The notes under the pieces are model-generated. The model was not told the DNA's origin. It ran no database searches and saw nothing but the letters and a program-made list of their open reading frames with translations. A stretch of 64,000 nt of DNA from the NCBI GenBank assembly GCA_964443625.1, contig CAYUDM010000009.1, forward strand, positions 10,005-74,004. The letters are read 5' to 3'. This document shows positions 45,798-55,350 of the stretch, piece after piece. Both the position numbers and the translations under genes were made by a program. Source of the stretch: an uncultured Smithella sp. (GTDB lineage Bacteria > Desulfobacterota > Syntrophia > Syntrophales > Smithellaceae). Positions within the stretch are counted from its first letter, which is position 1. Each line of letters begins with the position of its first letter.

Positions 45798-47339
45798 ATG
45801 CCGTTTGATGAACTGCTGAAGGATTTGCAGATCCGGAAAGAAAAGGCCCTTGCCCAGGGAGGGGCCGATAAAACTCAAAAGCAGCATGACAAAGGAAGGT
45901 TCACCGCGCGTGAACGGATTGGACGACTGCTCGATGACGGTTCTTTTCTGGAGTTGGGCGCGCTTTGCGCCTCCGACATTTCCGGTATGGCCGAGAAAAC
46001 CCCTGCCGACGGACTGGTTTTAGGTTACGGCACCATCGGCGGGCGGCGCGTGGGCGTCTTTGCCAACGACTTCACCGTACTGGCCGGCTCCAGCGCCAGC
46101 ATCAATAACAAGAAAATGGGCCTCTTCAAAAACCAGCTCTACGATTACGGCTTTCCAATGATCTGGCTGGGCGAAGCCGGCGGCCAGCGCATTCCTGATC
46201 TTCAGGATGCGGGCCGAATGCTGTTTCACGGCGTGGGCTCCGACGCCGCGCGGCCCGGCTACAGCCATTTCCGACAGGTGCCTTACGTGATGGCGGCGAT
46301 GGGCGATTGCCACGGCGTTCCCGACTGGCAGGCGTGCCTCGCGGATTTTACGCTCATCGTGAAGGGCGCCTCCATTGCCGTATCCGGTCCGCGCGCGCTG
46401 GAAAAAGCCATTGGCCAGCAACACAGCGCCGAAGAAATGGGCGGCTGGCAGGTGCACGCGCAGGTGACCGGTATGGCCGACCAGGTGGCGGAAAATGAAG
46501 AAGACTGCTTTCGCCTGATTAAAACCTATCTGGACTATATGCCTTCCAACCAGGGTGAACTGCCGCCCAGGCGGACAGTGCTGGAAGGCTCGAATGATCG
46601 GGCAAAAAAGATTCTGGACATCCTGCCGGAAAAGCGTACGCGCGCCTACGACATGCATAAAATTATTACTTGTCTTGTTGACGGCGGGCAGTATCTGGAA
46701 TTCAAACCGTTTTTTGGGAAAATGCTGATTACCGCTTTGGCCCGCGTGGGCGGCGAAACGGTCGGTTTTATCGCGAGCAACCCCATCGTCAACGCCGGCG
46801 CCACCGACACGGACGCGCTGGAGAAATCCACCAGTTTTATGTGCCATTGCGACTCATTCAACATTCCTCTGATCTTTCTGGTCGATACGCCGGGACACCT
46901 GACCGGTCTGGAGGCGGAGCAAAAACGCGTGGGCGCAAAGGTGGTCAACAATCTCCAGGCGCTGTTTCAGGTGACGGTTCCCAAAATCACGATCCTCATT
47001 CGCAAAGGCTACGGCCAGGCGATGGTCAACATGTGCGCCGCCGGGGCGGGCGCGGATTTTCTGGTGGCCTGGCCCACGGCTGAAATCAGCTTCATGGATC
47101 CGCATGTCGGCGCGGATATCGTCTTCGGAAACCTTCCGGAAGCCGAGCGCGAAAAGCTGGTGGAAAAAATGATGGCGGATTCTTCGCCTTATCCGGCGGC
47201 GCGGGTTTACGGTATTTCCGATGTCATCCATCCCTGCGAAACGCGCGCCTATCTGATCAACGTTCTGGGCATTATCCGGGATTCGAAAACAAAAGGCATG
47301 AGCCGGCATCTTCTGGCGGGCTGGCCGACCAAATTCTAA
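45798..47339 (+). CDS. Acyl-CoA carboxylase carboxyltransferase subunit (PccB/MmdA family)
   Basis: 513 aa with the two crotonase-like halves typical of the carboxyl transferase domain (..GTIGGRRVGVFANDFTVLAGS.., ..ARVGGETVGFIASNP..). Confidence 0.85.
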   Translation: MPFDELLKDLQIRKEKALAQGGADKTQKQHDKGRFTARERIGRLLDDGSFLELGALCASDISGMAEKTPADGLVLGYGTIGGRRVGVFANDFTVLAGSSASINNKKMGLFKNQLYDYGFPMIWLGEAGGQRIPDLQDAGRMLFHGVGSDAARPGYSHFRQVPYVMAAMGDCHGVPDWQACLADFTLIVKGASIAVSGPRALEKAIGQQHSAEEMGGWQVHAQVTGMADQVAENEEDCFRLIKTYLDYMPSNQGELPPRRTVLEGSNDRAKKILDILPEKRTRAYDMHKIITCLVDGGQYLEFKPFFGKMLITALARVGGETVGFIASNPIVNAGATDTDALEKSTSFMCHCDSFNIPLIFLVDTPGHLTGLEAEQKRVGAKVVNNLQALFQVTVPKITILIRKGYGQAMVNMCAAGAGADFLVAWPTAEISFMDPHVGADIVFGNLPEAEREKLVEKMMADSSPYPAARVYGISDVIHPCETRAYLINVLGIIRDSKTKGMSRHLLAGWPTKF

Positions 47340-47355
47340 CCGAATAGGGGGGCAT

Positions 47356-48312
47356 ATGACGGCGCAAACCGGGTTAAAAGCGGTGGATAAGATTGAAATC
47401 TGGACGCTGCAGGACAACTACATCGAGATGACCGCGATGGACAACAGCGCGGTGGTGACGCGGGCGATGGCGATCAAGGACGGTGAAATCAAAGCGTCCA
47501 TTCTGGCGGAACACGGTTTTGCGGCGCTCGTCAAAACGACAGCGGAGGGCAAAACGCACACGCTGCTTTTCGACTTCGGTTTTTCCGAAGATGGGGCGGC
47601 CCGGAACGCGGAAAGCCTCGGCCTGAACATGCGCGAGGTCGAGGCGGCGGCGCTGTCGCACGGCCACAGTGATCACACCGGCGCCATGAAGGCCTTCGGT
47701 CAGGCGATCGGCAAAAAGAACCTGCCGCTTGCGCTCCATCCGACGGCGTTCAAGTCCGCCCGTTATCTGAAACTGGGAGAGGCACTCAAATTTTATTTTC
47801 CGAAACTCACGCGTGAAATGGTGAAAGACGCGGGCTTTGAACCGGTGGAAATCGAAAAATCCTGTCCCCTGCTTGACGGCGCGGTATTATTCCTGGGCGG
47901 CATTCCCCGCCGGACGGATTTTGAAAAAGGATTTCCCATTGCTTACCGTCTCGAAGACGGCAAGGAAATCTGGGACGCCATTGAAGACGACACATCGGTG
48001 GTGATGCATCTGAAAAACAAGGGCCTGGTGATTTTATCCGGCTGCGCCCACGCGGGCATTGTCAACACGGTGCAATATGCGATCGAGACAACTGGCGTTA
48101 CGCAAGTGCATGCCATCATGGGTGGTTTTCACCTGTCCGGGCCATTTTTTGAACCGATCATCGACCGCACGGCCGAGGCGCTGCAAAACTTCAAACCGGC
48201 CTACGTCATCCCGACACACTGCACCGGCCGTAAAGCGATCATGGAAATAGAAAAAAAGATGCCGAATCAGTTCATTTTGAATATGTCTGGAACGAAGCTC
48301 ACTTTTCAGTAA
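47356..48312 (+). CDS. MBL-fold metallo-hydrolase
   Basis: Contains the SHGHSDHTG motif. Confidence 0.7.
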   Translation: MTAQTGLKAVDKIEIWTLQDNYIEMTAMDNSAVVTRAMAIKDGEIKASILAEHGFAALVKTTAEGKTHTLLFDFGFSEDGAARNAESLGLNMREVEAAALSHGHSDHTGAMKAFGQAIGKKNLPLALHPTAFKSARYLKLGEALKFYFPKLTREMVKDAGFEPVEIEKSCPLLDGAVLFLGGIPRRTDFEKGFPIAYRLEDGKEIWDAIEDDTSVVMHLKNKGLVILSGCAHAGIVNTVQYAIETTGVTQVHAIMGGFHLSGPFFEPIIDRTAEALQNFKPAYVIPTHCTGRKAIMEIEKKMPNQFILNMSGTKLTFQ

Positions 48313-48471
48313 GGCGGTAGGAGTGAGGAGTGAGGTGAAAGGTTGAAGGCGAAAGGAAAAAGGCGATAAGTGCAAGACACAGCGGAGAGGAGTCCGGCGC
48401 ATGCTGGACAGAAGCTGCAGTTTCTCTTTACACCTGACACCTAACGCTTCACCGGATAAAAAGGAGTTTTC

Positions 48472-48945
48472 ATGACACAAAAAGCGTTTCAGGATTATTA
48501 CCCGGAAGATTTGAGCCACTGTTACGGCTGCGGCAGGTTAAACGATAAAGGACTGCAAATTAAAAGTTTCTGGGACGGCGAAGAATCCGTCTGCGTTTAT
48601 ACACCCAGGGATTACCATACGGCCATTCCCGGATTTGTGTATGGCGGGCTCATTGCTTCGCTGATCGACTGCCACTCGACCGGCACGGCCGCAGCGGCCA
48701 AGTACCGGGCGGAAGGCCGGGAAATGGATTCTGATCCGCCGATCCGGTTTGTGACTGCTTCTTTGCACGTGGATTATCTGCTGCCAACGCCGACGGGCGT
48801 TCCTCTTGAAGTCCGGGGAAAGGTCAAACTGATCAAGGGACGCCGCGTGGTCATTGAGGCGCGCCTCCTGGCCCAAGGAAAAGTCTGCGCACAAGGCGAG
48901 GTGGTGGCCGTCCAAATGCCGGAGCACATGCGTCCGGAAAAGTAA
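48472..48945 (+). CDS. Hotdog-fold (PaaI-type) thioesterase
   Basis: Contains the GFVYGGLIASLIDCH block. Confidence 0.6.
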   Translation: MTQKAFQDYYPEDLSHCYGCGRLNDKGLQIKSFWDGEESVCVYTPRDYHTAIPGFVYGGLIASLIDCHSTGTAAAAKYRAEGREMDSDPPIRFVTASLHVDYLLPTPTGVPLEVRGKVKLIKGRRVVIEARLLAQGKVCAQGEVVAVQMPEHMRPEK

Positions 48946-48972
48946 CTATATTTAACCGGGAACAGATCGGTC

Positions 48973-49797
48973 ATGATGAATAAAGCCATTAAAACCTTCT
49001 ACTTCAGCGCCACGGGAGCAACAAAAAAGATTGCGGATGCCATTGCCGGAGAGCTGGCAAAGCGCTTTGGTGTTCAGTCGGTCGGGAATGTCGATTTTAC
49101 ACTGCCGGAGGGCAGAAAAGAGCCTGCCTCTTTTTCCAGACAGGACATCGTCGTAGCCGGCGTTCCGGTTTACGCGGGCCGGGTTCCCAATGTCTTATTG
49201 AAATATTTAAACACTATCCACGGCAACGGCGCGCTGGCTGTTGCCGTGGTGGCTTACGGAAACCGTCATTATGACGACTCGCTCGTCGAATGGCGGGACA
49301 TCCTGAAATCCAGAGGCTTTCAAGTTGTTGCCGCCGGCGCCTTCATCGGCGAACATTCTTTTTCCAAAATCCTCGGGGGAGACAGACCCGATGCGCAGGA
49401 TATGGCGTGTGTCAAGGCATTTGCCAGGCGGATATTTGAAAAGCTTGCCGCTTCTCACGGTAGGGCAGAGACGCTATCCGTGCCAGGAAATCAACCCTAT
49501 CAGCCTTATTATCGTCCCAAAGACAAAGACGGCAACCCCGCCTCCATCCTCAAGGTCGTCCCGAAAACCAGCATAGACTGCATCTCCTGCGGCCTGTGCG
49601 CCAGTCTTTGCCCCATGGGCTCCATTGATGCGGATGACCCGTCCAGAATCACGGGCATCTGCATCAAATGCTGCGCCTGCATCAAAAACTGCCCGGTTGC
49701 GGCAAAGTATTTTGATGACGCCAATTTCCTGTGGCACAAGAAGGAACTGGAGGTTGCTTTCTCTTCCCCGCGCCGGGAACCGGAATTCTTTTTATAA
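48973..49797 (+). CDS. Flavodoxin-like / 2x[4Fe-4S] ferredoxin fusion (EFR1-type)
   Basis: N-terminal TFYFSATGATKKIA, and C-terminal CISCGLCASLCP plus CIKCCACIKNCP. Confidence 0.6.
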   Translation: MMNKAIKTFYFSATGATKKIADAIAGELAKRFGVQSVGNVDFTLPEGRKEPASFSRQDIVVAGVPVYAGRVPNVLLKYLNTIHGNGALAVAVVAYGNRHYDDSLVEWRDILKSRGFQVVAAGAFIGEHSFSKILGGDRPDAQDMACVKAFARRIFEKLAASHGRAETLSVPGNQPYQPYYRPKDKDGNPASILKVVPKTSIDCISCGLCASLCPMGSIDADDPSRITGICIKCCACIKNCPVAAKYFDDANFLWHKKELEVAFSSPRREPEFFL

Positions 49798-49878
49798 ATC
49801 TGCATTTCATTGATCGAAATCAATGCGCAAAGCTCATGCCTCTGTTAGAGTTTCAACGAAAAAAGGAGCAGAAAACCG

Positions 49879-50829
49879 ATGAGCGAGCGTTTAAAGAATT
49901 TCCCCATTTCATTTTTTGCGGTGGTCATGGGCCTGACCGGCGCAACCATCGCATGGCACAGGGCGGAAGCCTTGTTGGGTTGGACATCCGGCGTAAGTAT
50001 CTTTCTGCTGGGTGCAAGCGCGCTGATTTTTATCGGTATTCTTGCCGCCTACGCCTTGAAAGCCTTAAGGTACCCGGAAGAAATCCGCAAGGAATTTAAA
50101 AATATCACCAAGCTTTCTTTTTTCCCGACGATTTCCATCAGCCTCTTGCTTTTGAGTATCGCCGCCATGGATTTATTTCCGGGGCTATCGAAGAGCTTAT
50201 GGATCATCGGAACGGTCCTTCATTTCCTCATGAGCGTGACGGTCATTTCCATCTGGATTCGCCATCCTTCGCTGGAAATCAACCATATCAGTCCCGCGTG
50301 GTTTATTCCGGTCGTGGGCAATATCCTGGTGCCGATTGCGGGCGTCGCCTACGCCCCTGCTGAAATTTCGTGGTTCTTCTTCAGTGTCGGACTGGTTTTC
50401 TGGTTGGCTCTGTTTACTATTCTCTTCTACCGCCTTCTCTTTCACAATCCTCTGCCCGAGCGGCTGCTCCCGACACTCTTTATTCTGATCGCCCCGCCGG
50501 CTGTCGGATTTATATCGTATGTCAAACTGACCGGAGGCGTCGATTCGGCTGCCCGAATCCTGTATTATTTCGGCCTGTTTATTTTTGTCCTGATGATTCC
50601 GCAGCTTAAAATGCTGGTCCGGATCAAATACTACCTGTCCTGGTGGGCCTATACATTTCCGCTCGCGGCGCTTGCCATTGCCACGCTGTTAATGTATCAT
50701 CAGGTCGGTTTCATCTTCTTTAAATATCTAGCGCTCGCTTTTCTGATTCTGGTGTCCGCCGTCATTTTAATGCTCACCTTTATGACGCTTGCGGCTATGA
50801 AAAACAAAACCATTTGCATTGAAGACTGA
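49879..50829 (+). CDS. TehA/SLAC1-family anion channel
   Basis: About 10 TM segments. The N-terminus LKNFPISFFAVVMGLTGATIAW is typical of the family. Confidence 0.7.
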   Translation: MSERLKNFPISFFAVVMGLTGATIAWHRAEALLGWTSGVSIFLLGASALIFIGILAAYALKALRYPEEIRKEFKNITKLSFFPTISISLLLLSIAAMDLFPGLSKSLWIIGTVLHFLMSVTVISIWIRHPSLEINHISPAWFIPVVGNILVPIAGVAYAPAEISWFFFSVGLVFWLALFTILFYRLLFHNPLPERLLPTLFILIAPPAVGFISYVKLTGGVDSAARILYYFGLFIFVLMIPQLKMLVRIKYYLSWWAYTFPLAALAIATLLMYHQVGFIFFKYLALAFLILVSAVILMLTFMTLAAMKNKTICIED

Positions 50830-50867
50830 CGCAGTTTAAACCTATTAACCCACTTCAAGGAGCATGT

Positions 50868-52568
50868 ATGAACAGAAGGAAAAGAATTCTTGTGATCGGC
50901 GGTTCGGCCGCAGGACCCAAAGCCGCCGCCAAAGCCAGGCGCATCGACAATGACGCGGAAGTCGTCATTATACAGAAAGAAGCCGACCTCTCCATGGCTT
51001 CTTGCGGATACCCTTATTATGTCGGCGGTTATTTTGACGACCGCAATCAGCTTCTGTGCACGCCAACAGGTGTTGTAAGAAGCCCCATGTTTTATTTGAA
51101 CGCCAAGGACATTGACGCCCGTGTCAACACTGAAGTCACAGCTGTTGACCGGAAAAATAAAACCGTTTCCTTTAAGAATCTGGCAAGTGGTGAGACCGGA
51201 ACCTTGCCTTACGACAAACTGGTCATCGCCACCGGCGCGGTTCCGCGCATGCCGCCTGTGCCGGGTGTGGAGCTCGACGGCATCACCACGCTGCAATCCA
51301 TGAAAGACGCGGATTTCCTGCGCAAGGTCCGCGACGAAGGCAAAATCAAAAAAGCCGTGGTCATCGGCGGAGGGCTCATCGGCATCGAAACCTGCGAAGC
51401 GCTTCAGTTGGCGGGCATTGAAATCACCGTGATTGAACTGTTACCCCAGCTTCTGACCTTTCTGGACTGGGAGTTGGCCAAGCTTGTAGAAAACCATGTT
51501 AAAAGCAAAGGCGCCAACGTCATTACTGAAAACGGCATCGCCGCCTTTTTGGGCGAAAACGGAAAACTCACCGCCGTCAAACTGCAAAACGGCACGGAGC
51601 TTCCGTGTGAACTGGCGGTGGTGGCCATCGGCGTGCGTCCCAATGTGAAGCTCGCCAAAGAAGCAGGTTTGAAAATCGGCGAGTTGGGCGGCATCGCCGT
51701 CAATGAATACATGCAGACCTCCGATCCGGACATCTATGCCGTTGGTGACTGCGTGGAAAGCGTCAACCGCATCACCGGCAAAATAGTGCATGCACCTTAC
51801 GGTGATCTGGCCAACCTCCAGGGCCGCGTGGCGGGGGAAAACGCCGCTTCGACCAATTGTGTAACCTTCCCAGGAACCATTCAAACCGGTATTTGCAAGG
51901 TTTTCGATTACGGGGCAGGCGCCACCGGGCTTTCCGAAACGGTGGCCAGGCGGCTGGGGTATAACGACATCATCACTGTCATTAACGCCAGTCCCGACAA
52001 ACCCGGCTTCATGGAAGGCAAACTTCTGGTGACGAAATTAACCGCTGACGCCAAAACCGGTCGGATTTTGGGCGCACAGTGTATTGGACCGGGAAACGTT
52101 GCCAAACAGATTGCCCAGTGGGCCATGGCGATTTCGGGGGAAATGACCGTGGAAGATCTCATTAACGCGGATCTGCCTTACGCCCCGCCTTTTTCGCTGG
52201 CAATCGACCATTTCATCGCCGCCGCGCACATTTTGCAAAACAAGATGAAGGGCCGGATGAAGGGCATCAGCTGCAAAGAAGTGTATGAGAAGCTCAAGGT
52301 GGGGGAGAAACCGTTTATCATTGACACGCGCGGTCCGGAAGAATTCGAAGAGATGCGCCTCGGCATTGGCGAAACGCTGATCCCGCTGGGCGCGATCCGC
52401 AAACGCCTCAATGAACTTCCGGAAGATAAGAATCGTGAAATCATCTGCTACTGCAAAATTTCTCTGCGCGGCTACGAGGCGGCAATCGCACTGGAGGGCA
52501 ACGGTTGGAAAAACGTGAAGGTGATGGAAGGCGGCATCATGGCCTGGCCCTATCCGAGGGAAAAATAG
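50868..52568 (+). CDS. CoA-disulfide-reductase/NADH-oxidase-family flavoprotein with a C-terminal rhodanese domain
   Basis: ILVIGGSAAGPKAA, the redox Cys in SMASCGYPYY, and the rhodanese loop CYCKISLRG. Confidence 0.85.
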   Translation: MNRRKRILVIGGSAAGPKAAAKARRIDNDAEVVIIQKEADLSMASCGYPYYVGGYFDDRNQLLCTPTGVVRSPMFYLNAKDIDARVNTEVTAVDRKNKTVSFKNLASGETGTLPYDKLVIATGAVPRMPPVPGVELDGITTLQSMKDADFLRKVRDEGKIKKAVVIGGGLIGIETCEALQLAGIEITVIELLPQLLTFLDWELAKLVENHVKSKGANVITENGIAAFLGENGKLTAVKLQNGTELPCELAVVAIGVRPNVKLAKEAGLKIGELGGIAVNEYMQTSDPDIYAVGDCVESVNRITGKIVHAPYGDLANLQGRVAGENAASTNCVTFPGTIQTGICKVFDYGAGATGLSETVARRLGYNDIITVINASPDKPGFMEGKLLVTKLTADAKTGRILGAQCIGPGNVAKQIAQWAMAISGEMTVEDLINADLPYAPPFSLAIDHFIAAAHILQNKMKGRMKGISCKEVYEKLKVGEKPFIIDTRGPEEFEEMRLGIGETLIPLGAIRKRLNELPEDKNREIICYCKISLRGYEAAIALEGNGWKNVKVMEGGIMAWPYPREK

Positions 52569-52570
52569 CG

Positions 52571-52837
52571 ATGACACAGACATCCGATTCGGATTCCAAA
52601 GCAATTTCTTCCGATATGATCCGGCTGGACATTTTGTCGCACTGGCCGGGTACGGAACCGGTATTCCGACGCTATGACGAACAGGCGGGGGTTTGCATCT
52701 GTTGCAACTGCCTGTTCGATACCGTGACGGATGTCGCGGCAAAATTTTCCCTCGATTCCGATGTCTTTCTTTCCGATATACGAAAGGCGGCTGGAGGAAA
52801 TCCCGCCGTATCCGATCAGACACAGCGGCAGGTATAA
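52571..52837 (+). CDS. DUF1858-like small redox-associated protein
   Basis: ..ILSHWPGTEPVFRRY......C..C layout. The start at 52571 directly follows the upstream stop. Confidence 0.5.
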   Translation: MTQTSDSDSKAISSDMIRLDILSHWPGTEPVFRRYDEQAGVCICCNCLFDTVTDVAAKFSLDSDVFLSDIRKAAGGNPAVSDQTQRQV

Positions 52838-52988
52838 TTTTTAAGTCTTTAACATGTGAAAGGAGGTAAAGCGTATGGCTGAGGAAATCAAGGCCGGGTG
52901 CGCCCGTCCCACGGGCGGACCGGTCGGAGAAAAACCGAAAGCGAAACAGGAAACCCCGCAAGAACCGATCATTCAGGAGGGAAAAAGT

Positions 52989-53600
52989 ATGGTTACTGTC
53001 GGCAAGAAGGCGCCCGACTTCACGGCACCCGCGTATCATAAGGGTAAGTTTATTAATGTTCAGCTGTCCGAATATCTGGGCAAATGGGTGGTACTGTGCT
53101 TCTATCCCGGAGATTTTACCTTCGTTTGAGCAACCGAGATCTCGTCGGTCGGCGAGAAATATCCTGAGTTTAAAAAATTAGGTGTTGAAGTTCTTTCCAT
53201 GAGCGTGGACAGCGTTTTTGTCCACAAGATGTGGAACGATCATGAATTGTCCAAAATGGTCAAAGGCGGCATTCCCTTCCCGATGCTCGCAGACGGAGGC
53301 GGCAAGGTGGGCAGCATTTATGGCGTCTATCTTGAGGATGCGGGCGTGGAAGCCCGTGGCCGTTTTATCATTGACCCCGACGGTATCATTCAGGGCTTTG
53401 AAGTGCTCACTCCACCGGTGGGCCGCAACGTGATGGAGAGCATCCGGCAGATTCAGGCTTTCCAACATGTCCGCAAAACCAAGGGCGCCGAAGCCACGCC
53501 GTCCGGATGGAAACCCGGCAAACCCACGCTTAAACCCGGTCCCGATCTGGTGGGCAAAGTGTGGGAAGTCTGGAAAACCTCTTCTGCATTTGACGAATAA
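52989..53600 (+). CDS. Peroxiredoxin (AhpC/Prx1 type) with UGA (selenocysteine) at the peroxidatic position
   Basis: ORFs 52875-53129 and 53199-53600 are in one frame with only the TGA at 53127-53129 between them. The context [14 protein letters not shown] matches the FYPLDFTFVCPTE motif. The AGGAGGG SD favours [11 protein letters not shown] as the start; an upstream ATG at 52875 also has an SD. Confidence 0.8.
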
Positions 53601-53619
53601 CCTCACTAGCAAACTAACG

Positions 53620-53646
53620 GCGGGTGGAATTATTTTCCACCCGCCG
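53620..53646 (+). other. Perfect 11-bp hairpin between the two Sec-peroxiredoxin genes (no U-tract)
   Basis: ggcgggtggaa-ttatt-ttccacccgcc. Confidence 0.5.
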
Positions 53647-53668
53647 CAAAGACATTGAGGAAAAGATC

Positions 53669-54214
53669 ATGCAAATCAAAAAAACGATTTACGTTTTGCT
53701 CCTTTTATTTGTTTTATCCGCCTGCGCGGGCGCGGAAGTCAAAACCGATGCGATCCAGCCCGGTCAGAAAGCCGCGGACTTCACGCTGCCGGATCAGAAC
53801 GGAAAGATGTGGACGCTTGGCGAAACGCTCAAAGACTACAAATCTGTCATACTGGCCTTTTATCCAAAAGACGACACCGGGCTTTGAATAAAAGAGTTTG
53901 TTGAGTTTCAACAAAACATCGCCCAATACGAAGCAAGAAAGATCAAAATTCTCGGCCTGTCTCGTGATTCGGCCGAATCGCACCGTAAATTCATTTCCAA
54001 ACATGGCTTAAGCAACATGACACTACTGGTCGATGAAAAAGGCAAAATCGCCAAACGCTATGACGCAGACCACTGGATCCTGCCGCTTTCGAAACGTGTT
54101 TATCTGATTATCGATCAGAAGATGAATGTTATCTACCGCAAAGACATGGGCTTTGCGCTGCTGCCGGATCAGACGAAAACGCTTATTTACGAAATCGACC
54201 GTCATTTGAAATAA
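53669..54214 (+). CDS. BCP/PrxQ-type thiol peroxidase lipoprotein with UGA (selenocysteine) at the peroxidatic position
   Basis: 53624-53887 and 54017-54214 share a frame, and my translation of 53888-54016 has no stop. The context AFYPKDDTGL-U-IKEF matches FYPKD.TPGCT.E. Signal/lipobox LLFVLSAC. Confidence 0.75.
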
Positions 54215-54297
54215 TCCCGGATCGAAAGCGGCGCACTTCAAATCCATTTGGATGCGTCGGCCGGAGCCATCAAAGGCTCCGGCCAATCGAAACGGCC

Positions 54298-55026
54298 TTA
54301 CTGATAGCGCGGGTTAAAATTGGAAATGATCGCTTGTCTGGTTTTGTCGATCAACGTCTGAACATCGTCATGTGTGCAGGCGCGGGTGTCGATAGGGTTG
54401 CCGATCACCACTTGGATTTTTCCAGGCCTCAAAGACATACTTTTTTTGGGCAGCACCCGACGGCTGCCATTGATGGTCACCGGCAAAATGGGAATTTTCC
54501 GTTCAATGGCGGGCACGAAAGCGCCTTTTTTAAACTCGTGGATGAGTCCGTCCGGTGATCTCGTCCCTTCGGCAAACACCATGACGCTGACTCCGGCAGG
54601 CAGGCGGTCAAAACCTCTGTTGATACTCTCGATGGCTTTATCCCGATGCGTCCGATCAATGAAGATATTCCGCGAAGCGTATAATCCGTATCCGAAAAGC
54701 GGAATTTTCAGCACTTCTTTTTTGATGAACCATCGGTATTGAATTCCCAGCGCCGTGACAAGTGCAAGAATATCGTACAAGGACTGGTGGTTGGAAATAA
54801 TGATATAAGAGGTTTTCTTCTGAATATTCTCTTTGTTTATAATTTCAGTGCGAACAAAAGAAACGGCTAGCATAACGTAGGCCCATATTTTTGTGAGAGA
54901 AAACGCCAGATTCCCCGTGCGACTGAAAAGCCCTGTCACAATAACGGGCACGGCCAGCACAACAGTAGCTGCGGCAGCCCAGAAAAGCAGCCAGACGACA
55001 ACCAATGACGACAGTAGCGATCTCAT
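54298..55026 (-). CDS. plsC: 1-acyl-sn-glycerol-3-phosphate acyltransferase
   Basis: NHQSLYDI (the NHxxxxD motif) and FAEGTRS. Confidence 0.85.
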   Translation of the reverse strand: MRSLLSSLVVVWLLFWAAAATVVLAVPVIVTGLFSRTGNLAFSLTKIWAYVMLAVSFVRTEIINKENIQKKTSYIIISNHQSLYDILALVTALGIQYRWFIKKEVLKIPLFGYGLYASRNIFIDRTHRDKAIESINRGFDRLPAGVSVMVFAEGTRSPDGLIHEFKKGAFVPAIERKIPILPVTINGSRRVLPKKSMSLRPGKIQVVIGNPIDTRACTHDDVQTLIDKTRQAIISNFNPRYQ

Positions 55027-55350
55027 AGCAACCTTACCTCTCTAGAAAAAATCAAAGGGATGTTTCTTTGGATCCCCTCTTTCCTTTTGTCCTTTGAGGA
55101 TGGATTATCTAAACGATTCAAAATAAATTCAACTTCTTTGTGAGCAGAAGTGATTTTCCTCGCATGTCTGCAAAAAAGGAGAAATAATAAATTCATTGAA
55201 AAATATTTATTGATAAAGATCGGAAAAGCAATATGATTGCCGTCGACAAAATGTTCCGGACTGATCCGTCTTGAATAACCGGGCGGCCGGAACGAATAGG
55301 GTTTTTGGAAAACGGGTTTTTAAGCCCACAAAACACGAGGAGCTCACGCA

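Noticed and set aside
48313-48370. A purine-rich, nearly C-free tract (ggtaggagtgaggagtgaggtgaaaggttgaaggcgaaaggaaaaagg) between the MBL and thioesterase genes.
   Set aside because: It is striking by eye, but it has no repeat unit beyond GAGGAGT x2, no pairing partner and no recurrence in the window. I cannot support any function for it.
52875-52988. The 38-codon N-terminal extension of the Sec-peroxiredoxin, from the ATG at 52875 (which has its own AAGGAGGT SD).
   Set aside because: The extension is low-complexity (Pro/Lys/Glu-rich) and peroxiredoxins normally begin at the [11 protein letters not shown]-type sequence. I keep it as an alternative start because the SD is strong.
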